The position numbers and the translations under genes are program-made. A stretch of 59,062 nt of DNA, the filler included. It is 7 parts of 7 records of this genome, joined end to end, with 100 filler letters (N's around TTAATTAATTAA, not from the genome) between each part and the next. Parts side by side here need not be neighbours in the genome. Positions count along the whole stretch, not along the records: positions 20,859 to 32,356 come from SRR31156797_37893; 6 more parts are not named here. One strand, written 5' to 3'. Each line of letters opens with the position of its first letter. Within the stretch, counting starts at the first letter, position 1. Under the pieces are notes generated by a model. That model saw only the letters and a list, made by a program, of their open reading frames with translations. It did no database searches and had not been told where the DNA came from. Below, one piece after another: positions 21,062 through 29,105 of this stretch.

Positions 21062-22348
21062 TTAGAATTTGATTTCCACATAGTATTTTCCATACAATTT
21101 TTCCATCCAGCTATCCCAAAAAAGAGATTGTTTTTGATTTAACGCCATATTTTCAAGAATAGGATAATGGGTTTCCAAGCTGATCTTTTCAGGCGGAAGA
21201 TGTTTATTTAAACGTAGTATATGAAAGCCGTAAGGGGAAATAAACGGGTCTGATATCTCACCTTCATTCATATCTTCCGAGACCATTCCAAACTCGGGGA
21301 TCTGTAATGTTTCTATAGCAAACTCCCCAAGATACCCACCGTTCATTTCAACATCGGGATCTTCACTATATTTTCTTGCAAACTCTTCAAAATCACCACC
21401 TTGCAAGATGCTGTCCTTTAATGTGGATAACATGTTAATAACATACTGATTGTCATCATCCGATGTTTGGATGGAAAAAAGAATGTGCCGACAATGGATC
21501 AATTCACCGCGAATTTCTATGTTTTGGATCACGTGATAACCAAATTGAGTTTCAACCGGTTCTGAAATTTCTCCGGGTTGAAGAGAAAAAGCAGCCTTTT
21601 CAAACTCGGTTACAAAAGTACCTTTTGGAACAAAACCAAGATCCCCGCCATCTTCTGCAGATCCCGGGTCTTGCGAGTATTGAAAAGCAGCATCTTCGAA
21701 GGTTAATGTCCCCGCCATAATCTCATCACGTACTCCATTTATCATATTGAGGGTTTTTTGCTTTGAGTCGGGAGAGGGTTTCTCTGTGATAAGGACGTGA
21801 TGTACATCTATCCTTTCCGGAAGATCTGGGAGAGAATCTTTATAGGTAGTATAGTACTCAATTACCTCAGGCCGGGAAATTTTAATTTTTGAGAACTTCT
21901 CAGATTGCAGCTGTTGAGAAAGCATTGAACTTTTAACGCGTTCATAAAGCATTTCACGGATCTTTTTAATTGGGGTGTCAAAGTACATTTCCAACACTTC
22001 TTCAGATCCCGCCATTTGAATATATTGTTCAAGCTGTTGTTCTGCACTCATCTCAACATTACGCTCATTGATCTCAACGGAATCAGCCTCTGCTTGCAGT
22101 AAAATGATCTTTGAATTAACAAGCTCTCTTAGGGCCTGCTGCTGCATAACGGAAAAGGCCTGGGGGTCTTTATAAATGTCAACACCGGCTTGTTGTGCCA
22201 TTTCGAAAGCGAACTGGTTCATTTCGGAAAAGAGAATAATGTTTTCTCCAACAATTGCGGCAATACCATCTATCATTTGTTGTGCCGGGAGAAAAACAGA
22301 CCCCAGAAGCATGAAACAAGCAATTAGTGTTTTAGTAAATTTTAACAT
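21062..22348 (-). CDS. surA: SurA-like periplasmic chaperone with two parvulin domains
   Basis: Signal peptide, DGIAAIVG, two parvulin domains (SQDPGSAEDGGDLG; SEDPDVEMNGGYLG). Confidence 0.85.
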   Translation of the reverse strand: MLKFTKTLIACFMLLGSVFLPAQQMIDGIAAIVGENIILFSEMNQFAFEMAQQAGVDIYKDPQAFSVMQQQALRELVNSKIILLQAEADSVEINERNVEMSAEQQLEQYIQMAGSEEVLEMYFDTPIKKIREMLYERVKSSMLSQQLQSEKFSKIKISRPEVIEYYTTYKDSLPDLPERIDVHHVLITEKPSPDSKQKTLNMINGVRDEIMAGTLTFEDAAFQYSQDPGSAEDGGDLGFVPKGTFVTEFEKAAFSLQPGEISEPVETQFGYHVIQNIEIRGELIHCRHILFSIQTSDDDNQYVINMLSTLKDSILQGGDFEEFARKYSEDPDVEMNGGYLGEFAIETLQIPEFGMVSEDMNEGEISDPFISPYGFHILRLNKHLPPEKISLETHYPILENMALNQKQSLFWDSWMEKLYGKYYVEIKF

Positions 22349-23081
22349 TTATACGATCCTTTAATTCTTTGTGTTTTTGTTGTATAGCATTTGAGTATTC
22401 GCTCATTCGCAGCTTTTGTATGATATCCTCTCTAACATGTTCCAAGCGAAACAAAGTATTTTCCGAATACCTTTCAACAACCGAAATAACAAAAAAGTTA
22501 CCATTGTTATCAATAGGTCCGATCAATTTTTTGGGATTTCTTTCAAAAAGCTTTTTATCTATCATATCAATACAATCACCCCTATAAACAAGCCTTAATT
22601 GAGCTGTTATAGTGGGAGACACTGAATTTTTCAACTTAGTTAAAACTTCATCTGCCGCCTGTTTTCCGGTGCAAGAATATATCTCTATGAACGCGGCATT
22701 TCTATTGGCTAAAAATTCAGACCGGTGTTCATTATAGTACTTCAAAATATCATTTTCATCGATCAGAATACTATTAAGGATTAACGATGTCTTATATTCT
22801 CTTATTAGTAATGACATGCGATATTCATCAACACGACCCCGAATTTCTTTATTTAATCGAACGTGTTTTTTTGCTTCAATTTCCCATAGTTTATCTTCTA
22901 CCCAGCGCTCAATGAATTGCTCTTTGGATTGGGTGCTAACATTGTCGCCCAGGGCATTGTGTACATCAGAACTGCGCAAATAATTTAATCGTACGCGCGC
23001 TAACACCGGGTCATCTCCAAGGCCAATTATACCACAAGAGACTAAAACCAGCGAAATAATAATAAAGACAGGATATTTTAT
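22332..23081 (-). CDS. PrsA/parvulin-like lipoprotein foldase (probable ATA start)
   Basis: The track ORF (22332-23006) extends in frame 25 codons to IKYPVFIIISLVLVSC-G, a lipoprotein signal; KYYNEHRSEF motif. Confidence 0.7.
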   Translation of the reverse strand: MKYPVFIIISLVLVSCGIIGLGDDPVLARVRLNYLRSSDVHNALGDNVSTQSKEQFIERWVEDKLWEIEAKKHVRLNKEIRGRVDEYRMSLLIREYKTSLILNSILIDENDILKYYNEHRSEFLANRNAAFIEIYSCTGKQAADEVLTKLKNSVSPTITAQLRLVYRGDCIDMIDKKLFERNPKKLIGPIDNNGNFFVISVVERYSENTLFRLEHVREDIIQKLRMSEYSNAIQQKHKELKDRINVKIY

Positions 23082-24766
23082 TTTATGAAAGATCTGTTTA
23101 TCCTTACCGAATATTTGTTGCGAAGAAAATCCTGCTGCTCTTTTGTTTTTCGCGGCGTCTGAAATTTTCTATAATCGGTGAGCAGGCGATAAGAAACATC
23201 TTTGATTGAACGATAGTTTTCGGGAATCAACTCAATGCGCTCGACCACCGAATAGTATTCTCCGATCTTAAAAGGACCGGCGATCTCACCATCCGTCATA
23301 TTAAATACGGCAATTCCCATTTCGCCGTATTGGTTTTTTTTAACAGCCGGGATCAAACCTCTATTTTTTTTGCCGGCATTGCGAACGGAGTATTCCGCAG
23401 CGAGATCGGCCACGCTTTCTCTACTTTGGGCGCGATGAAGTATATTTACAGCTTCAAGCGAATCTTTCAATAATACTTCGCGTACACTCACGCGCTCAGC
23501 CAGTTTATAAAGTTGTTCCTTGTTGTCTTCGTAAAAATCACTCAGTTCTTGAGAGCTGGGATTGATCTGTTCAAAAACGTACAATTTGTGAAATAAGGGT
23601 GCGGCCGTTTGGGCCATGTAAACGTTTTTAGCCTGAACAAACCCCTGTTCTTTATTTAAACCAAGGTTTATGGCGGCCCGATATAGCCAATCCCCCATTT
23701 GGTTTCTTTCAATAAAACCCAGGACAGATTCCTTACCCTCAAAACGCAGGGGCATTTGGAGGCTGTTGAGCTTTAAATATCGAAACAACCAATCTTTATT
23801 AATGGGTTGATCGCCAATATATCCAAGCACCAACGTGTCTTCAAAAACATTCAAAATATCAAAAGCAGTAAACTGTTGTGAATAAAAGACATTTTTCGAA
23901 AGACGGGTAAACCGATCAGAAAAATCACTAAGAAGAGAATCATTATAAACAAGTTGGTTTTTTGCATTTAACGAATCATAAACGGCATCTTCCCGTTTAG
24001 CGAACTTTACCCTCCAGCGGTTCATACCAATATCCATGATATCAAATTTGATCTTCTCGTAGGATTCAATATTTGTTTCTCTGCGGGCATTGAGCTTTAT
24101 AATATGATAACCAAAGGCCGTTTCAACGGGTTGTGAAATACTTCCGGGCTCTAAGGTATAGGCGGCATTTTCAAAAGGCTCCAACCATGTACCACTTGTT
24201 CCCCAGCCGATATTTCCACCATTATCTTCCTTGCTTCCATCATCAGAATAAGCGGCAGCCAAATCAAGAAAATTATCCACAGTAACTTTTGATACGATAT
24301 CATTTACCAGGGCCCGGGCCTCTTCTCTGCTACGGTCATTTAATTTGCCACGAGAATCTTTATAAGAAATTAAAATATGGCTTACATTGATCTCGTACTT
24401 CATTTTTTCGTACAGGTCAAGCATGGCCTTTTCTGACAGAATTTTATCAATAATAAGATTTTGATAAGCCCCATTGGCCAGTTCGCGAACTTCCCAGGTG
24501 TGGGTTTCCCACATAATATCACCACTGTCGAATATGTTATTTTCATCCAAAAATAACCATGCAAGATAATCATCGCACATTTCGTTGATTTGCTTTTCTT
24601 TATCTTCTGGGCCTAATTGCTCGAATTCTTCTTGAGGGATATAGCGATAAAGTTCACCAGAGGTGATTTTTTGCCCGGCAACAACCGCAACATCTTTATC
24701 ACCCATGAAAGTACAGGACGAAAGAAGGGCGAGGATCAAAATGCATACTAAACAATAGCGTTTCAT
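23078..24766 (-). CDS. Parvulin-type peptidyl-prolyl isomerase lipoprotein (two PPIase-like domains)
   Basis: MKRYCLVCILILALLSSC lipobox, VSHILIS, SDDGSKEDNGGNIGW, ETAFGYHIIK; GGAGT RBS. Confidence 0.85.
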   Translation of the reverse strand: MKRYCLVCILILALLSSCTFMGDKDVAVVAGQKITSGELYRYIPQEEFEQLGPEDKEKQINEMCDDYLAWLFLDENNIFDSGDIMWETHTWEVRELANGAYQNLIIDKILSEKAMLDLYEKMKYEINVSHILISYKDSRGKLNDRSREEARALVNDIVSKVTVDNFLDLAAAYSDDGSKEDNGGNIGWGTSGTWLEPFENAAYTLEPGSISQPVETAFGYHIIKLNARRETNIESYEKIKFDIMDIGMNRWRVKFAKREDAVYDSLNAKNQLVYNDSLLSDFSDRFTRLSKNVFYSQQFTAFDILNVFEDTLVLGYIGDQPINKDWLFRYLKLNSLQMPLRFEGKESVLGFIERNQMGDWLYRAAINLGLNKEQGFVQAKNVYMAQTAAPLFHKLYVFEQINPSSQELSDFYEDNKEQLYKLAERVSVREVLLKDSLEAVNILHRAQSRESVADLAAEYSVRNAGKKNRGLIPAVKKNQYGEMGIAVFNMTDGEIAGPFKIGEYYSVVERIELIPENYRSIKDVSYRLLTDYRKFQTPRKTKEQQDFLRNKYSVRINRSFIK

Positions 24767-24849
24767 ATATACTCCATTTTTTACAAGAAAATTTAACACA
24801 CAAGCCAATAAAATAAAATGTTTAAATTCTACAGCTTGAAAAGACTTGA

Positions 24850-27800
24850 TTATTCAAATGCACCAGAAAAGAACTCGGAAAGAAACTTGATGTCAATACG
24901 CGCAGACAGATTCTTTTTTGATATAAATTCGATCTTGATGTTTTTATCATTAAGTAAATGCAGAAATTTACCGGCAGATCTTTGCAGTTCGGAAACAGAC
25001 AACTTTTTATTAAATACAGAAATAAGCCCACCATTCTTTTTGCTTAATGAACTAATTTGATATTTCTGCAGCCAAACAGAAAGCTTTGCTTCATTAAATA
25101 GATTTATTCCCTCTTCGGGCAGGGGCCCGAAACGATCAACGCAGGACCATGCAAGATGCTCGAGTTCTTGCCTTATCTTTCCGTCGTCTTGGGTTTGAGA
25201 TATCGTATCGGATATTTTGCGATAAAAAGATATTCTGATGTCTTTATTGTTAATATAATTTTCAGGAAGGTAGGCGGCTTGTTCAAGATTTAGTTCGGCC
25301 GGTTCCCGACGATGAGGCTTATCCGAATCGCCGCTTGACTTCAGGGTTTCGATCTCTTCGGCAAAAAGACGATTAAAATATGCATATCCAACACGATTAA
25401 TATGGCCGCTTTGCTCAACGCCAAAAAGAGAGCCGGCACCACGGATCTCCAGATCCCTCATAGCGATCTGATACCCGGAGCCAAGATCGGTATAGTATTC
25501 AAGGGTTTGAAGGCGTTTCATGGCGGTTGGATTGATATGTTTGCCCCGCGGAACCACAAGATAGGCAAAAGCTTTTTTGTATGAGCGACCAACGCGACCG
25601 CGAATCTGATAAAGTTGAGATAATCCAAAATTGTGAGCGTTCATGACGATAAGGGTGTTGGCGTTGGGAACATCAATCCCCGACTCAATGATGGTCGTGG
25701 AGATCAATATATCAAATTTATGATGATAAAAATCCAACATAGTGGATTCTAGCTCGGGCCCCGGCATTTTTCCATGAGCCGACTTTACACCCTTTAGCGG
25801 GAACATGTGTTCGATCTTGTCTTGAAGCGCAGGTTGTTCCTCTATTACATTATGTAGAATGAAAACCTGCCCATTCCTGTCGAGCTCTCGACGAATAGCA
25901 AGGCGGATATCTTCATCGTTCCAATACATGATCTTTGTTGTAATGGGCAGCCGTTCTTTTGGGGGTGTGTCGATCTTTGTTATATCCCGCAGACCGACAA
26001 GAGAAAATTGCAGGGTTCTGGGTATGGGTGTAGCCGTCATTGTCAGAACATCAACACGGCGCTTCATGTTTTGTATCTTTTCTTTATGGTTAACCCCAAA
26101 GCGGTGTTCTTCATCAACAATTAATAGACCTAAACCATTATAAAACATATTGTTAGATAGTATTTTATGGGTGCCGACAATAATGTCGATCTGTCCGTTT
26201 TTAACACCCTCAAGCCGCTTCTTTAGATCTTTGCTTTTTACAAAACGATTTATATAGCTTACCTTTATCCCAAAGGGTTCCAGTCTTTCCTGAAAGCTTT
26301 CGTAATGCTGAAAACACAACATGGTCGTTGGCACAAGAACGGCGACCTGTTTTCCGGAATAAACAGCCTTGAAAGCGGCGCGAATAGCAACCTCTGTTTT
26401 GCCAAAACCAACATCACCACATACCAATCGGTCCATGATCTTATTGTTCTCCATATCCTTACTTATGGCCCGGATCGCAGATTGTTGGTCGGGTGTTTCA
26501 TCATAGGGGAAAGACGCTTCAAGCTGAAGCGTGTCCGGTGTGTCCTGCTGAAATGCAAAACCCGGGAGTCTCTTCCGATCTTGATATAAGTTTAAGAGAT
26601 CGAAAGCTGATTTCTTGAGATAGGTCCGGGTCGCGGTTTTTGCATTTTCCCAGCGGTTGGAGCCTATTTGATCAAGGTGTTTTTGAGCCGGCTTTTCACC
26701 ACTGTATTTAAAAATTTTATTCATATAGCGAACAGGAACAAAAACACGATCTTTGTTACGGTATTCGACAACCATTGATTCCTGTTTGATGCCCTTAAAT
26801 TCTAATAATTCAATCCCGCGATATATTCCCATTCCATAATCAACATGAACAACCGCCTCCCCATATTCAAGAGCATTAACACTTTCTACACGCTTGGATT
26901 TTTCGGGAATGAAGCGCTTGTTGGGGTTTACGTAGTGCTCTTTATGATATATTTCACGCCCGGAAAGAACAATAAGCTTTAATGGTTTATATTGAAACCC
27001 CAACCGTATGTTTGCCAGACAATATTGAGCCTTATCTCCCAGCTTGTCTTCAAAGGAACCACGGACAACATCATGTTCTGTGAACACGTAAATATGTTCA
27101 TAATCATTGATTAGGGATTGATAATAAGCCGGCGAAGATGGGCGTTTGGGAGGTGCAATATCGGCAATTTCAAAATGAATATCCGACGATGGGTCACCCG
27201 CTTTAAAAAAGATTTGTTTTAAATGAAGATCCTTATCATATGCCGGCCCATCTTCTGAGGCGGAGTCATTTTCGATATGTATAACAACGGTATTTTTAGT
27301 CAAAATATCTTTGATGGTTGATTTGGAAAAAGAGGAAAAAGACGCCGGCCGCACACCAACATGCTCCATTGTTTCGAAAGAATTTTGATCACTGGGGTTA
27401 AACCGCCTTATTGATTCAACGGTGTCTCCGAAGAATTCAATTCTAAAAGGATAAGTTTCACCATAAGGATAAATATCTATAATGCCACCACGTATAGCGA
27501 ATTCCCCACAATATTCAGCTATATTGCTTCTTTGATAACCCATTTCGGAAAGCTTGCCGGGAAGCAGTGAAAATTGAATCTCTTCTCCATTTGAAAAGTT
27601 AAGAATATGCTGTCGAAGCCCCTCTTTGTCAGGCACGATAAGCTCAAATATATCCCCCGATGAAATAACTATATCAAGATCGTTGTTGTAATGGTTTTCC
27701 AGGAATTTTGAAATATGATTTTCCAGGGCGGGTGTTTCGTGAACGGAGTTCGATGAAGAGAACAATGGCAACCATGAGATAGAATTGGGTTTAAAAAAAC

Positions 27801-28053
27801 CAAGAGAATCAGCATAAAAAGCCTCGGCATCACGTTCAGAATCAAAAATAACCAAGGGGAAATAGCCAGACTCAACAAGCGCCCTTAACCATAGCAAAAT
27901 GAAACTGGTGTTGCTTGTATTTAATATTAGGGAGTCACGATGCTTCAACAAAGAGATACCCCTTATAAACATGGGATCCGTTTTCATTAGATCTACAAGC
28001 AGGGAAATATCAGATGTTTCACGTGAAACACTTTTGGGGTCGGATGTTTTCAT
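24850..28053 (-). CDS. mfd: Transcription-repair coupling factor
   Basis: RGGIIDIYP, VVHVDYGMG, CGDVGFGKTE, DEEHRFG, TATPIPRT, QIRGRVGR, RDLEIRGAG; start uncertain (28053 or 27987). Confidence 0.96.
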   Translation of the reverse strand: MKTSDPKSVSRETSDISLLVDLMKTDPMFIRGISLLKHRDSLILNTSNTSFILLWLRALVESGYFPLVIFDSERDAEAFYADSLGFFKPNSISWLPLFSSSNSVHETPALENHISKFLENHYNNDLDIVISSGDIFELIVPDKEGLRQHILNFSNGEEIQFSLLPGKLSEMGYQRSNIAEYCGEFAIRGGIIDIYPYGETYPFRIEFFGDTVESIRRFNPSDQNSFETMEHVGVRPASFSSFSKSTIKDILTKNTVVIHIENDSASEDGPAYDKDLHLKQIFFKAGDPSSDIHFEIADIAPPKRPSSPAYYQSLINDYEHIYVFTEHDVVRGSFEDKLGDKAQYCLANIRLGFQYKPLKLIVLSGREIYHKEHYVNPNKRFIPEKSKRVESVNALEYGEAVVHVDYGMGIYRGIELLEFKGIKQESMVVEYRNKDRVFVPVRYMNKIFKYSGEKPAQKHLDQIGSNRWENAKTATRTYLKKSAFDLLNLYQDRKRLPGFAFQQDTPDTLQLEASFPYDETPDQQSAIRAISKDMENNKIMDRLVCGDVGFGKTEVAIRAAFKAVYSGKQVAVLVPTTMLCFQHYESFQERLEPFGIKVSYINRFVKSKDLKKRLEGVKNGQIDIIVGTHKILSNNMFYNGLGLLIVDEEHRFGVNHKEKIQNMKRRVDVLTMTATPIPRTLQFSLVGLRDITKIDTPPKERLPITTKIMYWNDEDIRLAIRRELDRNGQVFILHNVIEEQPALQDKIEHMFPLKGVKSAHGKMPGPELESTMLDFYHHKFDILISTTIIESGIDVPNANTLIVMNAHNFGLSQLYQIRGRVGRSYKKAFAYLVVPRGKHINPTAMKRLQTLEYYTDLGSGYQIAMRDLEIRGAGSLFGVEQSGHINRVGYAYFNRLFAEEIETLKSSGDSDKPHRREPAELNLEQAAYLPENYINNKDIRISFYRKISDTISQTQDDGKIRQELEHLAWSCVDRFGPLPEEGINLFNEAKLSVWLQKYQISSLSKKNGGLISVFNKKLSVSELQRSAGKFLHLLNDKNIKIEFISKKNLSARIDIKFLSEFFSGAFE
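28015..28030. promoter_or_regulatory. parS site
   Basis: Perfect palindrome TGTTTCACGTGAAACA. Confidence 0.92.
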
Positions 28054-28158
28054 GCACAATAATACAAACACAAGAGACAAACTCCAATAATCAATAATCA
28101 AGCATTGTTGGCAATCCACTCTATACTATTTCACGATTTGACCGTGGTCTATTTTTTT

Positions 28159-28174
28159 TGTTTCACGTGAAACA
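28159..28174. promoter_or_regulatory. parS site
   Basis: Second perfect TGTTTCACGTGAAACA, intergenic. Confidence 0.92.
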
Positions 28175-28319
28175 TTACATAAAATATCTGGAAAACGAAT
28201 TCGGGAGATATTTATAGATATATTTTGGGCGACATTATTTTGCCCGGAGCTATTTGGAATTTGTTTCTTTTCTTCAGTCAAATTCCTATATTTTTAATAC
28301 AAGATCATACGGGGTTAAA

Positions 28320-29105
28320 ATGCGAATTGTCTTTTCAAAATATCAAGGTGCGGGAAACGATTTTATTCTGATCAAAGATATTGATAGTTCTTTCGACGAA
28401 ACTAACGATCATTTGATTCGCCATCTTTGTGATAGGCGTTTCGGGGTTGGTGCAGACGGCCTGATGCTTCTTCGCGGATCAGCCAGCAAAGACTTTAGGA
28501 TGTTATATTTTAATTCCAACGGACACGAGGGTACCATGTGCGGGAACGGGGGTCGATGCCTTGTAAAGTTTGCATTGGATTCCGGCCACATTCAGAAAGC
28601 AGCAAACATTATTTTCGATGCTATTGATGGAGAGCACAGGGCTGATATTTTAGAATCCGGCGAGGTTTCTCTCAAGATGAAAGACGTGACCCGAGTCAGG
28701 GAAATGGGCGATGGCTTTGGTCTTGATACCGGTTCTACACACCATGTTGAGTATGTGGATAAACTTGTGGATATGGACGTATATCGTCGTGGCATGGCGA
28801 TAAGAGGACATGAAATGTATCAACCCGAAGGGTGCAATGTAAATTTTATTGAAATAGAAAAAGATGGTGCGATCTCAATAAGAACATATGAACGGGGAGT
28901 TGAAAATGAAACGCTTGCCTGTGGAACAGGGTCTGTTGCGGCTGCCATTGTTGAGCATTATAAAGGCAGGGAAAATGACGAATACACGATCAGGGCAAAG
29001 GGTGGAACATTGAAAGTTCGCTTTAATGAAAACAAAGGAAAATACGAAAATGTATGGCTAGAAGGTCCTGCTGAATTTGTGTTTTCAGGGACGTGGGAAG
29101 AATGA
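28320..29105 (+). CDS. dapF: Diaminopimelate epimerase
   Basis: KYQGAGNDF, MCGNGGRC, RTYERGVE, LACGTGS. Confidence 0.96.
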   Translation: MRIVFSKYQGAGNDFILIKDIDSSFDETNDHLIRHLCDRRFGVGADGLMLLRGSASKDFRMLYFNSNGHEGTMCGNGGRCLVKFALDSGHIQKAANIIFDAIDGEHRADILESGEVSLKMKDVTRVREMGDGFGLDTGSTHHVEYVDKLVDMDVYRRGMAIRGHEMYQPEGCNVNFIEIEKDGAISIRTYERGVENETLACGTGSVAAAIVEHYKGRENDEYTIRAKGGTLKVRFNENKGKYENVWLEGPAEFVFSGTWEE

